Shown here: positions 41,366 to 51,237 of the stretch, piece after piece
How positions within the stretch are numbered: position 1 is the stretch's first letter
How the letters are laid out: each line of letters opens with the position of its first letter
NCBI GenBank assembly: GCA_963718525.1
Contig: OY970355.1
Location: 2,208,001-2,272,000, forward strand
Reading direction: 5' to 3'
DNA length: 64,000 bases
DNA from: Candidatus Dormiibacterota bacterium
GTDB taxonomy: Bacteria > Chloroflexota > Dormibacteria > Aeolococcales > Aeolococcaceae
The notes under the pieces: model-generated
What the model was told of the DNA's origin: nothing
Database searches by the model: none
The model's input: only the letters and a program-made list of their open reading frames with translations
Translations under genes and position numbers: made by a program

Positions 41366-42901
41366 TCATATGCCCCGTGGCCGCGGCTGGCCGAGGGGAC
41401 TGGGCGGCGCCGGCGCCACAACGCTCGCGGAGCCGGTTGTTTCATCACCACCCACATCGAGCCGGAATGGCGGGTACTCGTCCCGAAGCAGAAGCACGTA
41501 TGCAAGGACGCGGAAGACCCACCGGTTCAGCCCCATGACGAGATCGAAGATGCCGCGCGGGTAGTGCCCGGTGAACAGCATGGCCACCGCGGCGACGAGC
41601 ACGAGGATGGTGATCAGCCCCGTGTACGGTGCGGCGTACGACGACGCCCCGTGCACCGCGAGCGCGGTACCACCGACCAGCACCGCCACAACGAGATAGT
41701 GCGGGATAGCGAGGAGCCACCACTTGACGAGCACGAGCCCTCGAGACAGGCGTGCAGGGTAGGAAATCTCCAGGGTCGCCGGATACTCCGCTGCTGAATT
41801 GAGGGTGAACGGCGGATAGTGATCCGTGCCGAGTGCGCTGTAGCCGTAGAAGCTGACCCGCCACCACCAGCGGAGAACCCCAACATTGAAATCGAAGATC
41901 GAACGCGGATACCGCCCTGTGAAAAGGATCGCGAAGAATGCGATCACGGTGAGCACGAACGCCGCGATGAACAGAACCGCCAGGACGATGTAATGTGGAA
42001 TCAGGAGGATCCACTTCACCAACCAGAGCCACCGACTGGGCATCGCATCAGGGTGTCCCTCGATGCGGAGTGGGTAGCTCGCGCCAGTCGGAGCGACTGG
42101 TGGCGGTGGCCCCGCGCCGAAGACGGGCGACGGGAGGATTGGCGGAGATGGGGGTGGAGCCACCCAGGTTTGCGACCTGCCGGGTTCCCGAGACCGCGAC
42201 ATGGCGATGCCTCCGAAGAGGAGAGCGCCCGCCACCAGCAGAGCCACGCCGCCGCCTATCAACAACCCGAGCGCCAGGGCGAAGAGGAATGGCGCCGTTG
42301 CTCCAACCGACACATCGGCGGCGACGGTCTGCGAGCCGTCCGCATTCATGAGCACGATCGCCCAATGGCCGTTTGCGGGGCTCCACGTCAGTGACTGCGT
42401 GCCGCTACCAGAGACATGCGCCTTCCAGAATGTCTGCGAAGCCGGCGACGCAGGGGCGCCGCCACTGTGCGGTAGGTAGTCGGGCCCTCCCGACGTCCCA
42501 AGGAATCCCTGCAGCTGGTCATATGCGACCCCGGCGAGGTATTGCTGCACATCAGCGCTTGGCGCAATACCGATGAACAGTGGGCTCGCTGTGCCCGCGT
42601 TTGCCACGACGCGCACCGAGCCGAGCGCACCGGTGGGGACATGCCATCCAGGCGCATCAGTGGCGACGTTGAGATCGGTTGCCGCAATCGCGTATGAGGC
42701 GGTCGTCAGACGGGTGCTCGGAGACGACAAGTAGCCGGCCGTATCCCGCTGCGTTCGGTCTGCCCACATCAGCACTCCGCCGCCGGCGAGCAGGCCGAGT
42801 GCAACCAGCGCGACGATGCTGCCGAGGATGACGAGCGCGATACCGCCAGCGCGCGAGCCGCCCGCGGGCGTGGCCGTTGCTCCATCTGGTTGGGCACTCA
42901 T
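41366..42901 (-). CDS. DUF4389 membrane protein
   Basis: Two repeats KWxLxIPHY...FTGxYPRxIFD...YPPF. Confidence 0.85.
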   Translation of the reverse strand: MSAQPDGATATPAGGSRAGGIALVILGSIVALVALGLLAGGGVLMWADRTQRDTAGYLSSPSTRLTTASYAIAATDLNVATDAPGWHVPTGALGSVRVVANAGTASPLFIGIAPSADVQQYLAGVAYDQLQGFLGTSGGPDYLPHSGGAPASPASQTFWKAHVSGSGTQSLTWSPANGHWAIVLMNADGSQTVAADVSVGATAPFLFALALGLLIGGGVALLVAGALLFGGIAMSRSREPGRSQTWVAPPPSPPILPSPVFGAGPPPPVAPTGASYPLRIEGHPDAMPSRWLWLVKWILLIPHYIVLAVLFIAAFVLTVIAFFAILFTGRYPRSIFDFNVGVLRWWWRVSFYGYSALGTDHYPPFTLNSAAEYPATLEISYPARLSRGLVLVKWWLLAIPHYLVVAVLVGGTALAVHGASSYAAPYTGLITILVLVAAVAMLFTGHYPRGIFDLVMGLNRWVFRVLAYVLLLRDEYPPFRLDVGGDETTGSASVVAPAPPSPLGQPRPRGI

Positions 42902-43001
42902 GGCTGCTCTCCCTGGTTCTCGAAGTTCTACCCCAGAGAGTGGATCTTCAGCGCGGCCGGCGGCCAGGGTCGAAAGTCATGAGCGCGTCAGGCCACTTGG
43001 A

Positions 43002-43493
43002 CTACGTCAGTTGCATTGCGGATGCGCCGAGGGAGGCGGCTATGGAGCCGGCCCATTCGTCGATGCGATCCCACTTGCGGTAGTCGTCATGCGGGGCTCG
43101 CACCGCTTTGACCATCAGCCGCTCCGAAAGCGAGAGCTTCTGTGCGTCGATGGCGCCATCAAACGTGACATCGTCCCTGACGTTGAGCAGTGTGCGAAAG
43201 TCCGCGAGGTCGGCGGCCTCGGGTAAGGACTTTGGCCCCACAGGCCCGCTGCTGAAGAGCCACAGCGGTATGCGCACCAGCTGCGCTTGACGTTGGCGAA
43301 CAAACGACGTTGCCTCCTTCATCCAGCGTCCCATATAGACCGCGCTACCGATGATGGCTGCGTCATAGTGCTGAAGGTCTGAAATGGACATGACGCATGC
43401 CTCCAGACCGCGCAGACGCTGGACTGCGCCGATGCGCTCGGCGATCCCAGCTGTGGCGCCATGCTTACTCGCGTATGCAATGAGGATGCTCAT
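43002..43493 (-). CDS. Flavodoxin-domain protein (HemG-like)
   Basis: ILIAYASKHGATAGIAERI, IGSAVYMGRW, WLFSSGP, DYRKWDRIDEWA. Confidence 0.85.
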   Translation of the reverse strand: MSILIAYASKHGATAGIAERIGAVQRLRGLEACVMSISDLQHYDAAIIGSAVYMGRWMKEATSFVRQRQAQLVRIPLWLFSSGPVGPKSLPEAADLADFRTLLNVRDDVTFDGAIDAQKLSLSERLMVKAVRAPHDDYRKWDRIDEWAGSIAASLGASAMQLT

Positions 43494-44060
43494 GCCGACG
43501 CGCCCGCGCCGTCCAGAGGCGAGCTCTGTGGAAGGAGTGCGACGAGTCCGGCGCCCTCGACGGATGTGAGAGCAGCGAGCGCCGCCCACGCGGCGCGCTT
43601 CACACGGGTGGCAGGGCGGACGGAGCGTCTGATGGCGTAGAGGCTGGTCGCGAACGCTGCAGCCGCGCACGTCAAGCGGAGCGTCGGATGTGTGACCAAG
43701 TACCCAATGGGGCCGCGCAGATCGCGGCCAGTCACGGTCGCATTGGAGCCGAAGAGCTTACAGACATGGCACTACTCCTCACGGTTATAGGCTTCATGTC
43801 AGCATGTTGAAAGCTCCGCTGCGGCGGCGACAGAGGCGTTGGTCACAAGTGCACCTATCGACAAAGAATCGGTTGACCATATGCGTCACTCCATCGCGCT
43901 GGTTGAGCGTGCGCAGGTCCGAAGGAGCGCCTCTTGTCTGCCGTCTCGCGCAGCGCGAGGATGAGAGCAAGCATCGCCAGCGGCAGCTTGAGCCGCCATC
44001 CGCGGCACCGACCGTTACCTGTACGCTGCCACCCGTATCCCGGATGCCATCGCAGCCGAC

Positions 44061-44645
44061 TTGATATTTGATGAATCCGACAGCGGCGGCGCGAGCCTGG
44101 CGGAGACCAACCGTCTCACCCAGGCGGTAGAGGCCGCGCAGCGTGGCGAGGCACACGGGTGGAACGCTCTGTTCGAGCGCTTTTACCCCGATGTGCATGC
44201 ATATGCGCTCGCGCGCCTCGGCGACCTCGCGGCGGCTGAAGATGTGACACAGGAAGTGTTTGTGGCGGCAGTGACTTCGATCAAGACGCTCCGGGACAGG
44301 CGGGAGCCGGCTGTGCAGGCATGGTTCCTGCACATCTGCCGCTATAAGGTTGTCGATCACATCCGTCGGGGCGGTCGCCAGCGTGGGCTCGCACTCGACA
44401 CCGGCCCCCCGAGCGACGATCCGAGCGCTGTCACTGAGACGAACATTGAGGCGGACCGAGTGCGCACTGCCATGGTCCACCTCACCGAGGACCAGCGCGA
44501 CGTCCTGATCCGCCGGTTTGTTCTCGATCAATCGCTTGAGGATGTTGCCTCGACGACGAAACGGACCGTCGGCGCGGTGAAGTCGCTGCAACACCGGGCG
44601 CTCGAGTCGCTGCGCCGGGCGCTCAGTCCGAAGAGGGCGGCATGA
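44061..44645 (+). CDS. ECF RNA polymerase sigma factor
   Basis: AEDVTQEVF, AWFLHICRYKVVDHIR, LTEDQRDVL...GAVKSLQHRAL. Confidence 0.88.
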   Translation: MIFDESDSGGASLAETNRLTQAVEAAQRGEAHGWNALFERFYPDVHAYALARLGDLAAAEDVTQEVFVAAVTSIKTLRDRREPAVQAWFLHICRYKVVDHIRRGGRQRGLALDTGPPSDDPSAVTETNIEADRVRTAMVHLTEDQRDVLIRRFVLDQSLEDVASTTKRTVGAVKSLQHRALESLRRALSPKRAA

Positions 44646-45379
44646 CCGACTGGATCGATCCGCAGCTCTCCGCCTCGCTCGACGCCTGGCGCCTGAGCAG
44701 CCGCCGCGCGCCCCGCCGCCACGCTCGCGAACGCGCGCACGACGCAATGCTCGACGCGATGATCGTCGCGTCCCGGAGACCTCGGGCGCGAAGCTTCTTC
44801 GGCCTGCGCCCTCGTTTCGGCCGCGCGGGCTTGATCGCCTCGACGGTAACGATCGTGGCCGCTACGAGCGTTGCCGCGGCCGGGTGGAACGCACCACCAG
44901 GATCTGCGCTCTTCATGGTGCGCGAGGCACGCCAGGGCGTGATGCTCAAGCTTCCTGGCGCGGATGACGTGACGCTCCACCTCCAGTTCGCAGAGTCAAG
45001 CCTTGCGGATGCGAGACAAGGAATCAATCCAGCCCAGAGCCTCGCGGACGCCGGCACGGAACTCAAGGCGGCGTTCACGGCACTTTCCAGCGAGCCGTCG
45101 TCGCCTTTCTGGTCCCGGTACCAACTCGACGAGGCAACCCTGCTCAGCGAGGAATCCGGGACCGAGTCGGAGGGCCCTTTGCCACTGCCCGCCGGCACCG
45201 CGCGCCCGACTGAGGATGACACTCCCCGTTTGGGGGCGAATCCTGCGGAGGCGGACGGGAGCGAGAGTCCGTCCTCGTCGGGTGGTCACGGTGGCCCCGC
45301 ATCGACCGGAGTCAGTGGGAGTGATGGAGGTGGCCGTGACCCCTCACCGAGCCCAGGGCAGACCCCGCCGGACGACTGA
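44642..45379 (+). CDS. Putative anti-sigma membrane protein (DUF5667-like)
   Basis: Coupled to the ECF gene; single TM followed by APPGSALFMVR. Confidence 0.55.
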   Translation: MTDWIDPQLSASLDAWRLSSRRAPRRHARERAHDAMLDAMIVASRRPRARSFFGLRPRFGRAGLIASTVTIVAATSVAAAGWNAPPGSALFMVREARQGVMLKLPGADDVTLHLQFAESSLADARQGINPAQSLADAGTELKAAFTALSSEPSSPFWSRYQLDEATLLSEESGTESEGPLPLPAGTARPTEDDTPRLGANPAEADGSESPSSSGGHGGPASTGVSGSDGGGRDPSPSPGQTPPDD

Positions 45380-45381
45380 GG

Positions 45382-45609
45382 TCAACGCTCGCGGGCGCGG
45401 AGCCGCGCGAGCTGGAGCGCGACCCGCGGGCACTCGTTGACCGCGCGCTCCGCCAGGCGTAGCAGGCGCGTGTCCTCGATCGGAATCGAGGACACGATCG
45501 GGTAGCCCCATTCATCGAGCTCCACGAGTTCCGGCACGATCTCGGCGCAATACCGGGCTCCGTCACATCGAATTGGGTTGACCCGGAGACGCGGTCCAGA
45601 GCCGCTCAT
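45382..45609 (-). CDS. Ferredoxin (3Fe-4S/4Fe-4S single cluster)
   Basis: CDGARYCAEIVPE, LDEWGYP, AVNECP. Confidence 0.85.
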   Translation of the reverse strand: MSGSGPRLRVNPIRCDGARYCAEIVPELVELDEWGYPIVSSIPIEDTRLLRLAERAVNECPRVALQLARLRARER

Positions 45610-46922
45610 CGCCATCCGAACGGAGAGCGAGGAGGCACAGGCAACGGCGTTGCACCCAACCCCGGGCAGGCATGCCCGCTGATATGGCGCTCGACATCGG
45701 CTGCGAAAGTATCGAGAGCAGTGCGGAGGTTGTTGACCGCGCCGTCGGGATGGTTGCAGGCTCCGCGACCCACGATCTGATCCGACCAGCGATGGATTCG
45801 GGTCAGATCGCCGCGATCGGCGTCGCCCGCGGCCAGCCGCGCCATCGCCTCTGCGACGGCGCGAAGCCCGAAGATACACGGCCCGCATTGGCCGGCGCTC
45901 TCGCGGGCGAGGTAGCTCACGATCCTCGCCAACTCGCCGACGCCACACCCGTCATTTCCGAGCATCCCGATGATGCCGCATCCAAGGGAGACGTGCTCCG
46001 GGCAGAGCGTTGCTGCAGCCCCGCGCTCCGACCCGAGCCACGTACCGAAGTACCCACCGATCAGCAGTCCCGCCGGCGCCGAGAGCACACCTCCGGCGGC
46101 GGCGACCACGCTCAGCAGCGACGATCCGAGGTCAACCTCGTACACACCCGGCCGCGCTATGTTGCCGGTCAGCGTCACCAACCCCGTACCAGGGGCAGCC
46201 GCGGTACCTCGCTCGCGAAACCAGGCATCGCCGTACCGCGCGATCAGCGCGACGTGGGCGATCGTCTCGGCGTTCTGTACGAGAGTGGGGCGTCCAAGCA
46301 CACCGTGCTCCGACGGATGCGGTGGACTGAACGACGGCTTCGCCGGTCCTCCGTTCACACGACGCACCACGGCCGAAGACTCACCGGCGACGTATCGATG
46401 CTGCGTGTGGACGATCCGGATATGCGGCTCCTTGACCCCGTCGCGCCTGCGCTCGCCAATGGCTTGCCGCAGCGCCCGCGTCGCGCGCCGAGCCGGACGC
46501 GAGACATAGATGACAACATCATCGGCGCCCACCGCCTCGGCGGCGATCAGCGCGCCGTCGATGAGGAGGTGAGGCCGCTTCTCCGCCAGGAGTTTGTCCT
46601 TCGCCGAGAGCGGTTCTCCTTCGGATGCATTCACGACGACCACCGACGGCTCCCCCCGCTCGAGCGCGAGCCGGCTCACACCGCGCCACTTGCGGTGTGT
46701 CGGGAACCATGCGCCACCATGACCGCGCAGACCGCTGCGCTCGATGACATCCAGGAGCCAATCTGCGCCGATCGGGCGCCGGCCAAGTCGCCGCCGGTGC
46801 TCGACCAGCGTCTCGGCGCCGGAGTTGAGTCGTGGTCCGGCGAGCAGCCGTGGAGTGCCACCGGCACCTTCGGTATAGAGCGGCGGTGCATCCAGCGGAG
46901 TGCGAACCGCGGTCACGGTCAT
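45606..46922 (-). CDS. Stand-alone NuoF-like FMN/4Fe-4S NADH oxidoreductase
   Basis: SGLRGHGGAWFP, NASEGEP, YVAGESSA, ESAGQCGPCIFG, GACNHPDG. Confidence 0.88.
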   Translation of the reverse strand: MTVTAVRTPLDAPPLYTEGAGGTPRLLAGPRLNSGAETLVEHRRRLGRRPIGADWLLDVIERSGLRGHGGAWFPTHRKWRGVSRLALERGEPSVVVVNASEGEPLSAKDKLLAEKRPHLLIDGALIAAEAVGADDVVIYVSRPARRATRALRQAIGERRRDGVKEPHIRIVHTQHRYVAGESSAVVRRVNGGPAKPSFSPPHPSEHGVLGRPTLVQNAETIAHVALIARYGDAWFRERGTAAAPGTGLVTLTGNIARPGVYEVDLGSSLLSVVAAAGGVLSAPAGLLIGGYFGTWLGSERGAAATLCPEHVSLGCGIIGMLGNDGCGVGELARIVSYLARESAGQCGPCIFGLRAVAEAMARLAAGDADRGDLTRIHRWSDQIVGRGACNHPDGAVNNLRTALDTFAADVERHISGHACPGLGATPLPVPPRSPFGWR

Positions 46923-47929
46923 CGCAGGGGTCCCGAGGTGACCAGACGTCCCGTGATCGACGGTCCAGTCCCGAACATAGTGATGACCAGGCGCGTGCCC
47001 TTGCAGACGGCATAGACCGAAACTCCCACTCGGGCCGGCACATTTGCGCAGACGGTCACGCCATTTCGAGCAACGGTCAGCTGTGGCAACGTTTCGGTGG
47101 GTCCGGCGGGCGTGATCACCACCGTCAACGCCGTGTCCACGATGTCGCGCAAACCGATGTCGACGCCGACCGGTGTCTTCGTCACTGTGCCGATCAGGGC
47201 GTCGGAGAACCCGTGCGTGGCGGAACGGATCGGTGGCGAGCTGGGCTTCGAGGTGAGGATTGACGCCGGCGTACCGGCAGTGACGGCCCAGCCCGGGCGG
47301 AGCGGGCCGGCCACGCTCCAGGCGCAGATCGCGTACGTCGCCATCACCACGACCACGCCGCTTGAGAGGCGCACTGGCAGGGTGCGCAGGCGACCGACCA
47401 GCAGGCGCTGCGCCAGGCTGACGAGCACTGCTGCCATGCACGCAGCGGTGAGGCCGAGCATCCACGGTTCCTGGGAGTCCGAGCCGGTTCCGAGCCCATG
47501 CACCACCGCCAGAGGCCACGACGCATACGCGGCCCAGTGGATGATCCGCCAGACGCGGGGACCTATCCGGCCGCGCAGGAGGCTGGTCACCGTGACCGCC
47601 AGCAGCACCTCGGCGGCGAGGACGCCGAGCCCGAGCCAGAACGTCCGGTACGCGCCCGCGAACGGAACGACCGCATCGACAGGTCGAATCCCCGCGAACG
47701 GGTCGAGAACCGAAGTCGCGATGTGCACCGCCAGGAGCAGGATCGTGAAGAGCGCGAAGTTGCGATGCAGCGCCGCAATGACGAAGCGCGGGGAGCGCTG
47801 ACCCGTCACCCGGAGCGACGTTGAGATCCCCAGGATCACGACCCCGGTCAGACAGACGAGCGTCATGACGCCGGCACCGCGCGTGGCAAACCACAGCGGA
47901 CTAGGCCCGGCCGAGAACGCCGCGAGCAT
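46919..47929 (-). CDS. Ferric-reductase-like (MsrQ-like) heme membrane protein
   Basis: LWFATRGAG, LHR, VH, WRIIHWAAY, VHGLGTGSD. Confidence 0.82.
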   Translation of the reverse strand: MLAAFSAGPSPLWFATRGAGVMTLVCLTGVVILGISTSLRVTGQRSPRFVIAALHRNFALFTILLLAVHIATSVLDPFAGIRPVDAVVPFAGAYRTFWLGLGVLAAEVLLAVTVTSLLRGRIGPRVWRIIHWAAYASWPLAVVHGLGTGSDSQEPWMLGLTAACMAAVLVSLAQRLLVGRLRTLPVRLSSGVVVVMATYAICAWSVAGPLRPGWAVTAGTPASILTSKPSSPPIRSATHGFSDALIGTVTKTPVGVDIGLRDIVDTALTVVITPAGPTETLPQLTVARNGVTVCANVPARVGVSVYAVCKGTRLVITMFGTGPSITGRLVTSGPLR

Positions 47930-47946
47930 CAAACCGGGCTTCGGTG

Positions 47947-48873
47947 TCAAGCCGGCCACCGCCCTGCCCTCACGATGGAGCCGTCAAGCCTGACAAGGCG
48001 TGCCGGCACGCCAAGGCTGTCGAGCCACGAGGGCGCGCCTTCTCCCAGCACGATCGAGGCGGTCGCGGCAGCGTTGGCCTGAGCACACGACGCGGCAGCG
48101 ACGCTGGCCATCACCCACGGAGAGTCCGACGGGAGCCCCGTTGCGGGATCGAGGATGTGGTGAAGGACCTCTCCGCCACGGCGCCAAGTCCTGCTGCCGG
48201 TGCCAGAGGTGGCGACACCGCCGTCGAACACGTGGATGTCCTGCCAGTCCGCCGAGTCGATCGCTTCGGCGACCCTGACGCACCACCCGTCCTTGGGACC
48301 CGGTCCGGACACCGCCACATCGCCGCCACACGACACCAGCACCCCGGTGCCGGCTCGCCGCGACGCGGCGAGGGCAGCGCGGTCGGCGGCCCACGCCTTG
48401 CCGATCGCGCCGAGGTCGATCGACGCGCCCTCCGGGAGGGTCACGGTACGGTGGACCCGATCGTGCTCGATGCTCGCCCATCCCGGCGCTGAGCGGATCT
48501 GGAGATCGATCGCGGGACCGTCCGCGGGCAGGTCGACAAAGGTCACCGTGTAGCCGATCCGCTCCATGAGCCCACCGATGGTGGGATCGACCAGCCCTTC
48601 CGTGGCCGCGGCGGCCCAAAGAGCGTTGCCGATGACGTCGTCGAGCAGTTCTGAGACTCGAACCGGCCCGTACCCGGCCGACCTGTTGAGCATCGAGATC
48701 TCCGAATCCGGTCGAAATCGAGAGCACGCCTCGTCGACCGCGTGGATCACCTCGCGTGCGGCTGCGGTCGCAGGCGCCAGTGCGTCGGGGTCGTCAACCG
48801 CCACGACGTTCAGCGTGCCCATGGCACGGAATGTGCGAGAGGTCAACACGGATGCGTTGGCGTCGAGTGACAT
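47947..48873 (-). CDS. apbE: FAD:protein FMN transferase
   Basis: FRAMGT, SRFRPDSEIS, IDLGAIGKAWAAD, VATSG, HHILDPATG. Confidence 0.9.
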   Translation of the reverse strand: MSLDANASVLTSRTFRAMGTLNVVAVDDPDALAPATAAAREVIHAVDEACSRFRPDSEISMLNRSAGYGPVRVSELLDDVIGNALWAAAATEGLVDPTIGGLMERIGYTVTFVDLPADGPAIDLQIRSAPGWASIEHDRVHRTVTLPEGASIDLGAIGKAWAADRAALAASRRAGTGVLVSCGGDVAVSGPGPKDGWCVRVAEAIDSADWQDIHVFDGGVATSGTGSRTWRRGGEVLHHILDPATGLPSDSPWVMASVAAASCAQANAAATASIVLGEGAPSWLDSLGVPARLVRLDGSIVRAGRWPA

Positions 48874-49229
48874 GCCGGTGGCGGCGGGGGCGGAGGAGGT
48901 GGTGGCGAGGAACCCTTCGCAGAGCCGCCGGGCGCTGATCGAGGCGGGGAGATCCCACCCGACGCCCGGTATGAGGCTCCTGCCGAAGCCGGAACGTGGA
49001 CAACTCTGATGATCACGGCCGGCGACGCTGGTGCCGATTGGACCGGTGCTGTCTCGGGAGGGATCGGCGGCACGCGCTCGACCGGCGCGCTCGTCGCGGC
49101 CGCAAAACCGGCTGCGCTGACCGCCGACAACGCTCCGGTGACCGCGACGACGCCGGAAACCCCGCCGATCGTCCATGACCCGACTCGCCTGAAAGCTTTG
49201 TCGCGGTCCTCGGGTCGATAGTGCGCCAC
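48843..49229 (-). CDS. Small membrane-anchored Pro-rich protein
   Basis: RDKAFRR + TM + low-complexity tail; lies upstream of and overlaps apbE. Confidence 0.5.
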   Translation of the reverse strand: MAHYRPEDRDKAFRRVGSWTIGGVSGVVAVTGALSAVSAAGFAAATSAPVERVPPIPPETAPVQSAPASPAVIIRVVHVPASAGASYRASGGISPPRSAPGGSAKGSSPPPPPPPPPPACHSTPTHPC

Positions 49230-49230
49230 C

Positions 49231-49608
49231 TCAGTTGTCTCCGCCGCCGCCACCACCACCGCAGCTGTCATCGCACCACGGTGTCGGGGAAGGTGTGGCG
49301 GTCGGCGAGGGTGTCGCCGTCGCCGTCTCGCTCGGGCGTCCCGAGTAACCAGACGTGGGCCGCGCCGTTGGCGCGGGGTCGGTGATCACGATGGTTTCAT
49401 GAACGGTCGGAGGCTTCGTTGGAGCCGGATAGAGGCTGTCGGCCCGAAGCGGCGCACGTGGGAGTTGGACGGCGACGGTGTGCTGAACAGCGGCGCCGAG
49501 CGCCGCGAAGGGGCCGACGTGGCCTGCGGCGCCAACGCCGGTGATGACGCCGGTCAGCCCGACGAGTACGGCCGTCGAGACGAAGTGAGAGCGAGCATGA
49601 GGGCGCAA
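49231..49608 (-). CDS. Small exported Pro/Thr-rich protein
   Basis: N-terminal hydrophobic segment, TPSPT repeats; same strand as the apbE operon. Confidence 0.45.
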   Translation of the reverse strand: MRPHARSHFVSTAVLVGLTGVITGVGAAGHVGPFAALGAAVQHTVAVQLPRAPLRADSLYPAPTKPPTVHETIVITDPAPTARPTSGYSGRPSETATATPSPTATPSPTPWCDDSCGGGGGGGDN

Positions 49609-49864
49609 GGAAATCCTCCAGGTTGCGAGCGCCGCTACAGCGCCTGATCCATGCCACTAAGTCGCGCGAGATCCCAGGTTGGATACGGCCTGTGGGTCCC
49701 TTCTTAGGTTTCTCCACAGTGGAGCCGTGTGACGGCACGCGCTCCCTGCCGGCCGTCGCGGCGCTCGACTGATATCTCAGCGAACTCCGAGCATTCATCA
49801 AGTTTGTCGCCAGCGATCGATGGGACGCTGATGTCACTCATAACGCAACTTCCGGAGAACCGAT

Positions 49865-50191
49865 ATGTCACCCCTCCCACCACATCAGGAACGAGTCGAA
49901 CGACGAGATCGCGCCCTGGCTCTGCGCCGCAAGATCAAGGCATTGGCCGGCGCCGGAGGTGTCGCAGGGGTCGGCCTTGTCGGCTATCTTGTGGCTGTCG
50001 GCTCTCCGACAAAGACGGCGATCCCAGCAGTGTCGGCCGTGCGAACGGTGACCACCGTCATCACGGTCGGTGACGATGGTGTCATCTCGAAGACGACGAC
50101 CACCACGCTTTCGCCGGGAACAGCGACCGCCGGCGCCGCAGCCAGCGCTGTCACAGTTACGGGTGGCTCGACAGTTGTCAAGAAGCCTTAA
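49865..50191 (+). CDS. Small membrane-anchored Thr-rich protein
   Basis: RDRALALRR + TM, C-terminal VTVTGGS. Confidence 0.55.
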   Translation: MSPLPPHQERVERRDRALALRRKIKALAGAGGVAGVGLVGYLVAVGSPTKTAIPAVSAVRTVTTVITVGDDGVISKTTTTTLSPGTATAGAAASAVTVTGGSTVVKKP

Positions 50192-50289
50192 CGAGCGTGC
50201 TGAGGGCACACCGTGCGGCCTTCCCTGAATGACTCCCCCCGGCTCGAACCTTCGCGAGGGACGAGCTCCAACGCGAACGATGTCGTTGC

Positions 50290-50838
50290 CTAGTGCAGAC
50301 GCCGGATGAGCAGGGCCAAGCCGAGAACAACAAGAGCAACCGGCCAAACGTATCGTGCGCTCGCCCAGTCGAGCACTCCGAGATTGGCGAGAAGAAGCCA
50401 CAGTCCCAGGACGATCAAAGCGAGCCCAAGCAGCGGGACACTGCGCTCGTGCCGATATCCAGCTCGTTGCGCGGCCCGCGAGGTTGACGCTTGGTCAACG
50501 CCGCCCGACGGGTTGGTCGGGGGTGGCGGTGGAGGCGGCCATGCGCCCGCGATCGAGCTGCCGAACTCGCGGCCGACGTCCTTCAATTCGGTCGCCAGGT
50601 TGCGGACTCCCTCACCGATGCCTGCACCGCCGGTCGCGACGGTGGATCCAGCTGCCGGCATCAGGATCCAAAGCATCAGATACGCAAGCACTCCTGCGCC
50701 ACCGGCTGCGGTAAGGATCACGAACAGGATTCGCACCACGACGGGATCGATGTCGAAGTAATTGCCGAGGCCGTGACACACGCCCGCGATGACTCGGTCT
50801 TCGGGCCGTTCCAGGCGGCGTTGCGTTTGAGCGGACAT
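50290..50838 (-). CDS. PspC domain membrane protein
   Basis: DRVIAGVCHGLGNYFDIDPVVVRILF...YLMLWILMP; C-terminal LiaF-like TMs. Confidence 0.85.
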   Translation of the reverse strand: MSAQTQRRLERPEDRVIAGVCHGLGNYFDIDPVVVRILFVILTAAGGAGVLAYLMLWILMPAAGSTVATGGAGIGEGVRNLATELKDVGREFGSSIAGAWPPPPPPPTNPSGGVDQASTSRAAQRAGYRHERSVPLLGLALIVLGLWLLLANLGVLDWASARYVWPVALVVLGLALLIRRLH

Positions 50839-51237
50839 GATCTTCCTCGATGGCGACAACGAGATCACTGGATTCAGTATCTCCGCACAGACGCTCTGTT
50901 CTCCAGTGCTCAAGGGCATCCAAGTCCGGGGTCGAAGTCATCGGCTCGACCTGCGACGTGAGCAAGACGCACCCAAGTGGCGAGGCTGATGGTGAGAACA
51001 CCAATCGGTTCAGGTCGAGGAGCGCGGGTGCCGCTCGACACGTGGCCGCGGTTAATGGCCTGGACCTGCCGGACCAGTGCGGGCGTGATGAGCTACTGGC
51101 GCAAGCCAGTAAGTCATGTGCCCTAGGACCTTTACGGCGTGGGACCTCTTCCTCTTGTCGCCATCGCTACAAGCGGCGAAGGTGGTGTGAGCAGGCTGGA
51201 CTGCCAGCTCGGCCACACTGGATCGTGAGAAGTTGGA

